DNA of 63,228 nt, filler included, from Octopus bimaculoides (Eukaryota): the NCBI RefSeq assembly GCF_001194135.2. It is 3 parts of 3 records of this genome, joined end to end, with 100 filler letters (N's around TTAATTAATTAA, not from the genome) between each part and the next. Parts side by side here need not be neighbours in the genome. Positions count along the whole stretch, not along the records: positions 1 to 18,997 come from NC_068985.1; 2 more parts are not named here. The stretch is one strand, 5' to 3'. A program made the position numbers and the translations under genes. Below, one piece after another: positions 1 through 13,301 of this stretch. Every line of letters starts with the position of its first letter. The first letter of the stretch is position 1. The notes beneath the pieces are model-generated. The model was not told the origin of the DNA and ran no database searches. It saw only the letters and a program-made list of their open reading frames with translations.

Positions 1-469
1 TATTTATATACACATATATACAAATGTTTATATGTATCGATATATACACACACGCGCATATATATATGTGTGTGCATGTGTGTGTGTGCATGTGTGTGAG
101 CGTGTGTGTGTATTCAATAAGCATGATCTGCTTTGAAAAAGGAAAGAGAAGTGATATCTAGACAAACAACAACCGGAGAGTGTATTTAAAGACGTTATTA
201 GTCATGCTAGATTTCGAATATAACAATGTGTGTGTATGTGTATGTGTGCGTGTGTATGTCTATGAATATGTATGTGTATCGATGTGTGTATGTGTGTATG
301 TGTGTCCCTATTGTTACTAATCGCCATGGAAAATGATCAGCTACAATATTACTGTTTTCGTATTTTGTTTTCAGGTGGCCCGAACTTGCCATGTGGTCAT
401 TCAGTCGTACGAGCATTGTCAATTAACCTTAGAAAGTTTTTTGACGTGCCTATGGGGAAGGCAGTCACA

Positions 470-521
<52 letters not shown>

Positions 522-561
522 TATGTAAAGAGAAACAGACAGACAGACAGATAGTTAGATA

Positions 562-953
562 ACTTTCTTTTATTAGCCACACAGGGCTGCACACAGATGG
601 GACAAATACAATGTAGAGCTTTTCTTTTTGGGAGGGAGAAGGAAAAAGAAAAAAAGGGTGTGTCGATCAAAAGGGATCGTAGGAAGGGAAAAAGGGGGTT
701 TTCGATCAAAAGGGATCGAGAAAAAAAAGATAGATAGATAGATAGATAACTTTCTTTTATTAGCCACACAGGGCTGCACACATAGGGGACAAATACAACT
801 GTAGAGCTTTTCTTAAAAAAAAAAAAAAGAAAAAATCCGATCAAAAGGGATCGGTAGGGGCAAAAAAAAAATGGGGGTATCGTATATCACAGAAAATGTC
901 AATTGTGTAAAATGGGGTAACATTAGGTTTATCCATGGAGAGAAAAGCCTACG
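562..953 (-). mobile_element. Two tandem 5'-truncated non-LTR retroelement 3' ends inserted in a (GATA)n tract
   Basis: Unit ACTTTCTTTTATTAGCCACACAGGGCTGCACA occurs at ~562 and ~749; on - strand each ends AATAAA then (TATC)n; 12-bp direct repeat GATAGTTAGATA at 550-561 and 954-965. Confidence 0.6.
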
Positions 954-1078
954 GATAGTTAGATAGAAAGATTGATATATTTGTATGTGTACACATTCAC
1001 ACACACATACAAATACATACACACACACGTCATTAAAACACTTCTCCAGCAAATGTTAGACATCTAGTTAATGGTCAG

Positions 1079-1523
<445 letters not shown>

Positions 1524-2041
1524 TGGGGAAGGCAATCACACACACACACACACACACACATATGTAAAGAGAGAGAGACAGATAGATAGATAGTTAGATT
1601 GATAGAAAGATAGATATGTCTGTGTGCGTACACATTCACACACACATACAAATACATACACACACACGTCATTGAAACACTTCTCCAGCAAATGTTAGAA
1701 ATCTAGTTAATGGTCAGATCTTTCAAATCTTCAAGATTTTTCTTTTTGTTTTTTCATTTTTTTTATGCTGAACGTACAGACAAATGATTTAATTGTATGC
1801 ATGTTGACTGACTTTGATCTCTTGATATTGGTCTTTCATCGATCATCGTTAGTTACTTCCAGGTTAATTTTTTTTTGTCGGGTTACAACCTTATATAATC
1901 GTTGTCATCATTCCTGTTTTTCCTTCTTTCTCATCTAAAAGGTTAGTCTTTAATTTATGCACACTCCAGTATATATAAACATAAGGTGTTTTAAACAAAC
2001 ATTCTTCAGGATTTTGTGGTGTTTTAAGACCAATGAACAAT

Positions 2042-2450
2042 AGGCGCAGGTGTGACTCTATGGTAAGAAGCTGGTTTCCAAACCACATGGTTCTGGATTC
2101 AGTCCCACTGCATGGCACCGTTGGCTATAGCCTCGGGCTGACCAAAGCCTTCCTTCAGTTTCCGTCAACTAAATTCCCTCAGGGGATTTAGTTGACGGAA
2201 ACTGAAAGAAGCCTGTCATATATATAAATATGTGTGCGTTTGTGTTTGTTCCCGCGCCATCGCTTGACAACCGATGGTGGTGAGTTTACGTCCCCGTAAA
2301 CTAGTGGTTCGGCAAAAAGAGACCGATAGAATAAGTAGTAGGCTTGCAAAGAATAAGTCCTGGGGTCGATTTGTTCGAATAAAAGCCTTTAAGGCGGTGC
2401 TTCAGCATGACCACTGTCAAATGACTGAAACAAGTAAAAAAATAAAGGAA
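2042..2450 (+). mobile_element. SINE S1 copy with internal fold-back
   Basis: Homology to other S1 copies; 25-bp hairpin at 2154-2206. Confidence 0.85.
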
Positions 2451-2519
2451 TATATGCATTACCACGGCTTTTCACTTTTAAAAAATTGCGCTGTGTTAAA
2501 TGAGTCAGCATAAATGAAC

Positions 2520-3845
2520 AATTGAACATGAGGAAATAGGGTTTTGTTACTAAACATCCAAGCTGCTCTGAGTATTGTGGATGGTCTCTAGGGCACGCTT
2601 TTGCAGTCCAAGCAGAATCTTTTACTGGTTGCTGACCCGTGTTATCACAGATCAGTTCGTGATAAGCATAACGGGATTCACATTTAGCGTACCATGTTTT
2701 CCCGTATCGCTGATACTGGATTCCAAATAAATATTGATTATATCTGTAAACTGTTCAATAGGGGGATTTTGGGACATCGCTGTTTCGACATGCTGAGTCT
2801 CGTCAGTCGGAGGTACTAGTTGGTGGCTTTGCTTATAGTTTCAGCGGACAAAACTGTCGAAACAACTGTTTACCGATCAGTGCATATATCTGCCAACCGG
2901 TGTGCAGTGAAATCTGAAAGGATGAGCTGACAGTTTATTCTTAACGCGTTTCCGCAGATTCAAACGCAAATACGCTAGTTGTTGTTGTGTACGTCACAGT
3001 TTTTCAATGACAGTGTGTTCATGCCACATTCAGCTCATTTGTGGACCCAAATACAGTAGGTTTTCTTGTCCATCTCTTAATCTTTGACTCTAAATATTCT
3101 ACTTTAAAATGGATCTCTTACAACAAACAGTAAATTTGTTTCCTGATAATGAACTAACACTGTTTTTTTTCAACCAACATTTTCTTAAACAAATTGAAAT
3201 CTTTGTCGCATCCAAGTGGCCATTTTCTCCAAAATAATTCTATCTTTTCTACTCAATCCATTTAATGGCCTACAAATCATTGGAAAATTTTTCAAAAATT
3301 TTCCATGATAATTCATTTTCCCCACCAAATAAAAAACGTTTCCAATCCTTTAAATTTATTCTGGTTTGGGGAAATTTTCAATTGTTTTGACTCTTTCTCT
3401 TTCTCTCTCTTTCTCTCTCCTTGTTAGCTTGTCGGTGCCAGTTAACTTGTTTCCTAAGTAATTCACTCCAAATTCTAAAAACATGGCATTTTTCCATTTT
3501 GATATAATGCAAATTCTTCTATTTTTTGGAAAAAAAAATCCTGACAAAATTCTATCGTCTGCTTGTCTATTTTCACCTCTCACCAATATATCATCGAAAT
3601 AAGCCACAGCCTTTATTCAACCCACTTGTCAACGAATCAGTGATTTTCTGAAATATGGCTGGCGATGATGGCGGAAAAAATGGCAAGCTTTCAAAGTGGA
3701 ATAACCATTCTGGAGTAATATTTGCAAAAAGCTCTTTAACATTTTGAATAGATCTTCAGCTCTAGGAACTGGATGTTTGTGTACAGCTGGTCGTGGTTTT
3801 ACACTAACCTTATAATCACCGTAAATTCTTATTTTGGAATTACGA
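2520..3845 (-). mobile_element. Degenerate Ty3/Gypsy pol remnant (RT, probable integrase Zn-binding region)
   Basis: Translations IRIYGDYKVSV, HPVPRAEDLF, AYFDDILVRGE (RT motifs incl. YxDD) at 3356-3845; weaker HP...GRYMH*SVNSCFDSFVR near 2850-2930; many stops and frameshifts. Confidence 0.75.
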
Positions 3846-3861
3846 AAGATGGTACCCATAT

Positions 3862-4020
3862 GGCCGTGTGGCAACAGGCTTGCTTTTTACCGACATGCTG
3901 TCAGGTTCGGTCCCACTGCATGGCTCCTTAGTCAAGCGCTTTCTACTACAGCATCGGGCTGACCAAATACTTTTGAGTGAATTTGGTAGACGAAAACTGA
4001 AAGAGGTTTCTCGTGTGTAC

Positions 4021-4053
<33 letters not shown>

Positions 4054-4195
4054 TGAGCGCACGCTGCCCGACCACATGGTTCCGGGTTCAGTCCCACTGC
4101 GTGGTACCTTGGGCAAGTGTCTTCTACTATAACGTCGAGCCGACCAAAGCCTTCTGAGTGGATTAGGTAGACGGAAACTGAAAGAAGACTGTTGT
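3862..4195 (+). mobile_element. Two tandem SINE S1 5' halves separated by (TATG)n
   Basis: Repeated GGTTC(A/G)GTCCCACTGC...GACCAAA...GAAACTGAAAGA blocks. Confidence 0.8.
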
Positions 4196-5296
4196 ATATA
4201 TATATATATATATATAAATATATGCGTGTGTGTATTAAATAAAAAGCAACAACAAATGAATGAGACGTAGATATTAGATAGAGGACTATCTGTGTCTGTA
4301 TATACACAGATATATAAATATAAATATATATTTATATTTATATATTGGGTTGGCCTTGTTGTAACGTGCCTTGTTTCGGCAAGCAGACTTCAGGCTGTAT
4401 TTGAAATCAAGACTCTATTTTCAGCAATTCATTGTTTGCAGCTACAGACACAACTGTTTCAGTAACCCCAACTGTATTCATTTATTTGGCCATTGACTTC
4501 CAATGAAATATTTATGGTCCTGTTTCCTCACATTTGTTTCTACTACTGCAATATTTCTCAAAACTAGATAGCTGATTTTACTTTAATTTTATTTTTTATG
4601 TTTGAAATATTGCCCACATTTGTTTTAATTAAATCTGAATCAGCAATCCTACACGTTTATGTCAAAAATTATTCAATACTTTATATNNNNNNNNNNNNNN
4701 NNNNNNNNNNNNNNNNNNNNNNNNNNNNNNNNNNNNNNNNNNNNNNNNNNNNNNNNNNNNNNNNNNNNNNNNNNNNNNNNNNNNNNNNNNNNNNNNNNNN
4801 NNNNNNNNNNNNNNNNNNNNNNNNNNNNNNNNNNNNNNNNNNNNNNNNNNNNNNNNNNNNNNNNNNNNNNNNNNNNNNNNNNNNNNNNNNNNNNNNNNNN
4901 NNNNNNNNNNNNNNNNNNNNNNNNNNNNNNNNNNNNNNNNNNNNNNNNNNNNNNNNNNNNNNNNNNNNNNNNNNNNNNNNNNNNNNNNNNNNNNNNNNNN
5001 NNNNNNNNNNNNNNNNNNNNNNNNNNNNNNNNNNNNNNNNNNNNNNNNNNNNNNNNNNNNNNNNNNNNNNNNNNNNNNNNNNNNNNNNNNNNNNNNNNNN
5101 NNNNNNNNNNNNNNNNNNNNNNNNNNNNNNNGTGTGTGCGTGTGTGTGTATTTATGTTTATATTCATATATATACATGCATATATGGGTGTAGGACGTCA
5201 ACGACAGTGCAAATAACATGAAATACGTAAACACGAAAACAAAATGGAAAACAGGACGTGTATGTATATGTGTGTGTGTATGTATGTGTATGTGTT

Positions 5297-5329
<33 letters not shown>

Positions 5330-5448
5330 ATAATTGAGATTCAGTTGAATTAAATACTTAAGTTGAAGCACCAAGTCAGTCCGGTATTATCCGCACAACT
5401 CGGTGAATAAAATCAAAAATAAGCGGCAATCCTGTTGGTTATTTTGAG

Positions 5449-5511
<63 letters not shown>

Positions 5512-6176
5512 ATACATGTATATATCCATATATATANNNNNNNNNNNNNNNNNNNNNNNNNNNNNNNNNNNNNNNNNNNNNNNNNNNNNNNNNNNNNNNN
5601 NNNNNNNNNNNNNNNNNNNNNNNNNNNNNNNNNNNNNNNNNNNNNNNNNNNNNNNNNNNNNNNNNNNNNNNNNNNNNNNNNNNNNNNNNNNNNNNNNNNN
5701 NNNNNNNNNNNNNNNNNNNNNNNNNNNNNNNNNNNNNNNNNNNNNNNNNNNNNNNNNNNNNNNNNNNNNNNNNNNNNNNNNNNNNNNNNNNNNNNNNNNN
5801 NNNNNNNNNNNNNNNNNNNNNNNNNNNNNNNNNNNNNNNNNNNNNNNNNNNNNNNNNNNNNNNNNNNNNNNNNNNNNNNNNNNNNNNNNNNNNNNNNNNN
5901 NNNNNNNNNNNNNNNNNNNNNNNNNNNNNNNNNNNNNNNNNNNNNNNNNNNNNNNNNNNNNNNNNNNNNNNNNNNNNNNNNNNNNNNNNNNNNNNNNNNN
6001 NNNNNNNNNNNNNNNNNNNNNNNNNNNNNNNNNNNNNNNNNNNNNNNNNNNNNNNNNNNNNNNNNNNNNNNNNNNNNNNNNNNNNNNNNNNNNNNNNNNN
6101 NNNNNNNNNNNNNNNNNNNNNNNNNNNNNNNNNNNNNNNNCCGTACACACACATGCATATATAAATACATACATAG

Positions 6177-6222
<46 letters not shown>

Positions 6223-6996
6223 ATGTACACACACACACTTAAACACACAGACACACACATACACACATCAAATATCTTCCTCCATGATTGAATCTTGAAC
6301 TACACTATGGTATCAATTTCATGGTGGTCACCGCGATTGACCTATCCTGTCTCCCTTGTATACTAATTTCACGGCATTCGTTGACAACTAAAGAAAGAAA
6401 TTAAAAAAAAGACCTTTCAAAAATATATAGATACAAAAACAAATTATCTTACTGAAGAAATAATGGTTACATTGACTTCTCTACATCCCGATTTTTCACT
6501 AGTTTCTGAGATAACTACAAAACTTATTCATTCATGGATCAAGCAGCGTGCCCTAAATACAAAAGTACATATGACTAAGATGAATCGATTTATTTTTAAA
6601 ATATACAGAATAGATACACACGTATATCATTTGATGGATGTGTCGTTGTGTTTCATAATTTAGTATATCTAAGCCTAAAAGTAATCGTTTTCTAGACATG
6701 TTACGTATATATAAAGCGATTGTGATTGATGTAAGACCGGCCGGCGATTTCTATTAAGTAAAAAGTGAAGAATTTTACAGATGCTTGTCAAAAATAATTG
6801 AGTTATTATTTTTCACTCGACAAATGTAAATATATATATGATTGAATATCAATAAAGTGAGGGCAAACAATATCGCATACATCACATTCGCTGTTTTAGA
6901 TGTTACAAAATATGAATGTAGTGAGGTGGTCCGATAGCCACACTAAGGTCATAATTTCATCATTTGGCTTAAAGAATCAGTTATAATACGTACACA

Positions 6997-7070
<74 letters not shown>

Positions 7071-8564
7071 NNNNNNNNNNNNNNNNNNNNNNNNNNNNNN
7101 NNNNNNNNNNNNNNNNNNNNNNNNNNNNNNNNNNNNNNNNNNNNNNNNNNNNNNNNNNNNNNNNNNNNNNNNNNNNNNNNNNNNNNNNNNNNNNNNNNNN
7201 NNNNNNNNNNNNNNNNNNNNNNNNNNNNNNNNNNNNNNNNNNNNNNNNNNNNNNNNNNNNNNNNNNNNNNNNNNNNNNNNNNNNNNNNNNNNNNNNNNNN
7301 NNNNNNNNNNNNNNNNNNNNNNNNNNNNNNNNNNNNNNNNNNNNNNNNNNNNNNNNNNNNNNNNNNNNNNNNNNNNNNNNNNNNNNNNNNNNNNNNNNNN
7401 NNNTAGATAGATAGATAGATAGATAGATTGTTGATAACATAATAATAATTTATAAACTTTCGACAGAACGTGAAATAATCCTGTTTGGAACAGTAGATCT
7501 CGAAGGATGTAAAGCTTTGGGGTTGAAAATCACATCATTTGGATAGAAAAATACGAGAGCTTGGGTCCAGTGTTAGAAAAGCTGAAAGGGTGAAAAAAAG
7601 AAAGCGAAAACCATGAAAAAAAAAGAAAGAAAGATTTAGAGTTATGTCCCTTTTGACTTTAAAGCCATGATAAATCTACTTGGTGTTGAGTCCGGAGAGG
7701 AGGTGTCCTCCAATTCGCCGAAAGAAACTTTGGCGTATGATCTACAACTTCAAGAGCGAATATTTTAGGTTAGTTTTTTTTTTATGTTGGCAAACACGCA
7801 GCCGCCAAACTTGTGTGATCTCCACGCTGATTCTAATTATTATATGGTTTATTCTTGGTTTCTTAGCATTATTTACTAAGACATAAATGCAACATGCTTT
7901 TATTATTAATAAAATAGTAAAAAGTTTGAAAAAATACATTTACAATGCTACGTATGCACAAAAGAATTTATTGTAAAAAATCTGTAGCCAACATGTCAAG
8001 TTTTTTTTAGAAATGGAAAAGTAAACTAAAAAGTAGTCTAAAGTAATCGTTCTTTAGGTTGTAGATCACACGCCGAAATAGCAACGAAACTTGTCTATAT
8101 GTTTACATTTACCCAATATTTCTGATCTGGAATTCAGAAGTGCGGTAGAGTTCTTAGATTCTTAACTGAAAGTTCGTATAGCCTTTTTAGATCTAAGATT
8201 CCCATCGCCCTGCTAGACGAAGTCCCTCATATAAGAGGTTATTAGTAGTTCACAACTATATCCTGTGTACATTAAACGATATTTGTCTCTCATTAGAAGA
8301 GGTACTTTTTTTGTTAATCTTATCTTAATTTTGTTAATCTTATCTTATCTTAACGAAAAAGTAAACTATATATATATAATGATGGAGGTTTTTTTTGGTC
8401 GTCTCCATTTATAAAATCGCCACGAAGTAGGAAAAGGATAAATGATGAATCAATCATCAGGGAACATGAAATTCTCCATTTATCACTTCGAAGGGAGGCA
8501 GGAGAGGTTTAACAATTGGAGCCCTTCCATTGATAGCACGCCAAGCGATTTTGGTTCATACACG

Positions 8565-8810
8565 TTGGCGACCAAAGCCTTGTGAAGAAATTTCGTAGAT
8601 AGGAAACTGAAAGAAGTCCGTCGTATGTGTGAGTGTGTTTGTCCCCTAGCCTCCACCCAACTAGCGCTTGATGCTGGCTTGTTTATGTTCCCGTAACCGA
8701 GCAGTTCGGCGAAAGAAACCGATAGAATCAAATAATCGTTCAACTAGAACCTTTCAAAGCAGTACCCTAGCATAACCGCTGTCCAACTACTGAAACAAGT
8801 AAAAGATAAT
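8565..8810 (+). mobile_element. SINE S1 partial copy
   Basis: GACCAAAGCCTTGTGA...GAAACTGAAAGAAG...ACTGAAACAAGTAAAAG. Confidence 0.7.
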
Positions 8811-8904
8811 CTGTGTGTATGGGTGTCTGTGTGTGTTTGTGTTGGTGTTTTTCCTCCTGCAGTCAACCGCTTCACATTGTTCACAATTGTTAACTTAGCA
8901 GAAT

Positions 8905-9330
8905 CTAGGTAAAAAAACACAGGTAAAAAATACCAGGAAAAAAATGTCACGGTAATAAAGTCACAGGGGTATTGTCTACGGGCGGGGGTTGTCCGGGGAT
9001 GTNNNNNNNNNNNNNNNNNNNNNNNNNNNNNNNNNNNNNNNNNNNNNNNNNNNNNNNNNNNNNNNNNNNNNNNNNNNNNNNNNNNNNNNNNNNNNNNNNN
9101 NNNNNNNNNNNNNNNNNNNNNNNNNNNNNNNNNNNNNNNNNNNNNNGGGGGGTTGTCCGAGGGGGGTTTTGTCCTAGGGAGGTGGGGTATCTAGATCCCA
9201 TCAATTGTGACTTTTTTTCCTGTGACTTTATTACCGGCCACCATAAATTAATTGTGACTTTTTTCCTTAGTCAAAATTGTGACTTTATTACTGTGACATT
9301 TTTATCTGTGACTTGATTACCGGTCACCAC
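8905..9330. mobile_element. MITE-like element with inverted subterminal repeat arrays and a G-rich core
   Basis: GGTAATAAAGTCACAG on left versus several CTGTGACTTTATTACCGG on right; GGGGTTGTCCGGGG units around an N gap. Confidence 0.5.
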
Positions 9331-9734
9331 TTAGCAGTTAGGCAAAAAAGTTGATCTGTTCGACTAAAACAAACTCTTGAAGGTGATGCCCCAGTAAAAC
9401 CGCAGACTAATGACTAAAACAAGTAAAAGATATCATTACTTTCAATAAAAACACATGATTTTAGATATTTGTACAAAATAATAAACTGTTTCGTTTTTCT
9501 TCTTAATCTGACGTTAATCTGAAAGAAGTAGTAAAAGAAACGTGAAGAATTTTCGCCAACGTTTCCCACATTTGCAGCCAGATTATCCAAAAACAAGCAG
9601 GCGTTATACTAGCACTTTTATGAAGAAAAAGTTATGAGAGGAAATCTTACAATGTTTGAAACTTTTCAGAATATATCAAGATTAGAACAATTTTGGTATA
9701 GTCAGAATTTTACTGGAAGATTCTTATCACAGAG

Positions 9735-9813
9735 TAGACGGAGCTTATGTTCTCAAAATACACCGAAATAAAGAGTAAAGATCTCTCTCTCTATCTATCT
9801 ATCTATCTATCTA

Positions 9814-9853
<40 letters not shown>

Positions 9854-9927
9854 CGGTGAGAAAGAGAGAGAGGGGGGAGATTTTTACTATTTATTTCTGA
9901 GTATTTTAAGAACATAAGCTCCGTCTA
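9735..9927. mobile_element. Small MITE-like hairpin, ~52-bp inverted arms around a microsatellite
   Basis: TAGACGGAGCTTATGTTCT..AAATA at 9735-9787 is the reverse complement of 9874-9927. Confidence 0.65.
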
Positions 9928-10263
9928 GAGATATAGATGTGTGTTGTGTGCGTGCGTGTGTATGTATGTGTGTGTGTATATTGTGTGTGTATAATATGCA
10001 CACATAAGTATGACGTCATAAGAATTTTATAAACTTTTAAGTGAACGTGAAATATATATATATGTATATGCGTGTGTGTATGTATGTATGTATGTATGTA
10101 TGTATATGTATGTATGTATATATATATATATATGTATGTATGTATATATATATATATATATGTATGNNNNNNNNNNNNNNNNNNNNNNNNNNNNNNNNNN
10201 NNNNNNNNNNNNNNNNNNNNNNNNNNNNNNNNNNNNNNNNNNNNNNNNNNNNNNNNNNNNNNN

Positions 10264-10400
10264 TATATACCAGACGAACCAATGGCTCGTAATGAGACGC
10301 AGTTTAGGGCAGCTATGTCAAATTCTCTTATACACCAGATGTGCCATCAAAACTCTTGATTGGACCATGTCAGGTGGGGGGAGAAGAGCCATGCAAGGAA
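10264..10400 (+). mobile_element. CR1/L2-group LINE 3' end fragment
   Basis: IPDEPMARNETQFRAAMSNSLIHQ resembles the PDEP...SNSL C-terminus of CR1-type ORF2. Confidence 0.55.
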
Positions 10401-10549
10401 GTGAAAATCACGGTGGTGCACCAGCATGACCGCAGCCACTTGGCTGAAACACATAAATAAATAAATAAATAAATAAATAAATATATGTATGTATGTATAA
10501 ATATGTTTGTGTGAGTGTGAACATACATACATACATACATACATATAGA

Positions 10550-10745
10550 AGCATGGCTCTCCGTCGGTTACGACGATGAGTGTTCCAGTTACTACGATCA
10601 GCTGAAGAGCCTCCTTGTGAGATTAACGTGCAAGTGGTTGTGAACTCCACAGACTCGCGTAACCTTAACCTAGTTTTCGAGGAGATTCAGCGTAACACAC
10701 AGAATGCGACAAGGATGGCCCTTTGAAGTAACTCTCGACATTACG
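10550..10745 (+). repeat. Interspersed repeat family R4
   Basis: CTCCGTCGGTTACGACG...ATTAACGTGCAAGTGG; also at 14165-14345, ~35835 and 60545-60660 (-). Confidence 0.75.
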
Positions 10746-10778
10746 ATCGTGAGCCGAATACTCTAGTTGAGTGTCGGT

Positions 10779-11165
10779 GTGGTTGTGTGGTAAGAAGCTT
10801 GCTTCTCTATCACATAGTTCCTGGTTCAGTCCCACTGTGTGGTAGCTTGGGGAAGTGTCTCTTGCAATATACTCGGACCGACCAAACCTTTATGACTGGA
10901 TTTGGTAGATGGAAACTGAAAGAAACCCATCATATATCTATCTATGTAGGTGCGTGTGTTTGTCTCCCACTACCGTTTGGTAACTGTTGGTGGTGCGTTT
11001 ACGCTACCGTAACTTAACGGTTCAGTAAAATAAACCGATAGATTAAGTACATGTTTAAAAAAAAAAAGTCATGAGGCTGAGTTGTTCGACTGAAATTCAT
11101 CAAGGTGATGCCCCAGCGTGGCCACAGTCAAATGACTGAAACAAGTTAAAGGTAAAAGTAAAAGA
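10779..11165 (+). mobile_element. SINE S1 copy
   Basis: Homology to S1 head, core and tail. Confidence 0.85.
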
Positions 11166-11394
11166 ATGTGAATTTATATGTAGACATAGGAANNNNNNNN
11201 NNNNNNNNNNNNNNNNNNNNNNNNNNNNNNNNNNNNNNNNNNNNNNNNNNNNNNNNNNNNNNNNNNNNNNNNNNNNNNNNNNNNNNNNNNNNNNNNNNNN
11301 NNNNNNNNNNNNNNNNNNNNNNNNNNNNNNNNNNNNNNNNNNNNNNNNNNNNNNNNNNNNNNNNNNNNNNNNNNNNNNNNNNNNNNNNNNNNNN

Positions 11395-11620
11395 GGGGGG
11401 GGGGACAAACACAGACACACAAACACACACATATATATATATACATATACATATATACGACGGGCTTCTTTCAGTTTCCGTCTACCAAATCCACTCACAA
11501 GGCTTTGATCGGCCCGAGGCTATAGTAGAAGACACTTGCCCAAGATGCCACGCTGTGGGACTGAACCCGGAACCATGTGGTTGGTGAGGAAGCTACTTAT
11601 CACACAGCCGCTCCTGCGCA
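11395..11620 (-). mobile_element. SINE S1 copy (3' part lost in gap)
   Basis: Homology to S1; head ends CCGCTCCTGCGC. Confidence 0.85.
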
Positions 11621-12745
11621 CATTTACTCCTTTATAATATTTTTCTGGTAAGTTTGATGTACTCCTACTCATGAACACTCAATATTGGAAAATAGTTTTC
11701 GACTTTACCAATGACTCTTAGTCTTTGCATTAATTAAGATGGCACAACAATCTTTTCCTGGATTTTTCGCTCAATGATTTATGAATAAGATATATTAAAA
11801 ATGCCAACCTTTTTCACCCCGTTTTTCTATTTGCTCAGGCCAGAATTATAACTTTTCTTCTTCCCTTTTCCTTATTGCGTTTATTTATCACAAATAACAT
11901 TAAGAAACAAACAAATACTTTCGTATTTTATTTCGATAAATATTTATAATTTCCTCTAAATTGATGCAATTGGTATTTGCTTTAGTTCACATAGGTTACT
12001 CAACTCTTCATAAAATAACTAAGAATCTAAACGTATTATACGAAAATATACTTAATTCGCTGTTTTACGTTCTTATTCAAATAGTATCTTCCTTTCGTAA
12101 TTTAAAACGCAAAATTTAAATTGACCTTTGCTAGCCTTATGTCTATAAAATGAAGTCAAGACAGCCAATGTTTGTTCTCAGAAATTTATAGTTTAAAACT
12201 TATCAAAGTTGAAACATCGTAAAAAGTAAATTTAGATAACATATTAGAGAAGCAAAAAGAAAAGGACTATTTGTTTTGTGTGGGGGTAGTATTTCGTGTC
12301 AAATCTACAGAATGAGGACATCAAATTGAAGAAACTTCTAAAAATACCCAAGTATTTCAACAGACAGACACACGCACACATACATGTACATAGACGCTCA
12401 CACAGATACAAGCGTAAACGCACACACATATTTACACACACATGCACGTATATACGTATATTTTGAGCCAAGGAAAAGCTTTTATTAGTCATACGATTTC
12501 TTTTTAGAAATAATAGCAAGTAGTCCCTAATTATCACCTTTCCATTTCAAAAAAAGGCAGACATGTTTGAAAACAGATGTGTGGGTGTAGGCGTGTGTGT
12601 ATAGATATGTAACATACGCACACACACATATACATATACATAATACATATATTTATATACATACATCTCTCTCTCTCTCTGTCCATCCCTCTCTCTGTCT
12701 GTCTCTCTGTATATATATATATTTGTGTGCGTGTGTGTGTGAGTA

Positions 12746-13301
12746 TGGAGGTCTAAGGACGGCATAAGGACTACCATGAAGTCACTTGGAATGGATTCAG
12801 AAGTGATAGAAACCCTTACTTCGAATCGAACTGGATGGTGAACAAAAATGTGGAGTGGAGTGAAAGCTTTTGAGGAGGCCAGGACAACACATGTATGCCT
12901 CAAGAGAGATTGAAAGAAAAATATTGCCATCGAGAAGGTGAATTTCAGTGATATTTTTGTGTGCATAGGTTTGTGATAGACCGTGCCTTTCTTTTGCTGG
13001 GCTCAAATCTCATTTGCGGACCCATGAAAAAACGAACCTCTACCAACAACTATGCACATCTTCCAATGCTGTGTTTGCCATAAGGTCCGCAAATCTAACG
13101 GAAGCCTTAAAAGACGTTTTAAGATCTGCAAACATCAGAACTTAACTGCAGCTCTTGGTGGTCCAAATCAGATATGCAATCTATGTGGGTGTCTTTTCAA
13201 TATAAAGTCTGGTTTAAAAAATCACATCGTATGCCATGATGGATCTAAGGTGTAGGTACAAGAGGTGGTTAGACTCTGCATAAGGAGTAGACAACCACCA
13301 T
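12746..13301 (+). mobile_element. RTE-clade LINE 3' end with three C2H2-type zinc fingers
   Basis: RSKDGIRTTMKSLG...NRTGW*...GVKAFEEAR...KR (RTE/BovB-like C-terminus), then CDRPCLSFAGLKSHLRTH, CCVCHKV..LKRRFKIC, CNLCGCLFNIKSGLKNHIVCH; stops and a frameshift. Confidence 0.75.

Noticed and set aside
4598-7440. Long ORFs here and at other gaps (e.g. 21784-22748, 43007-43742, 48051-49220, 59649-60379)
   Set aside because: Open only because of N runs and dinucleotide repeats (X, YI, HT, CV strings)
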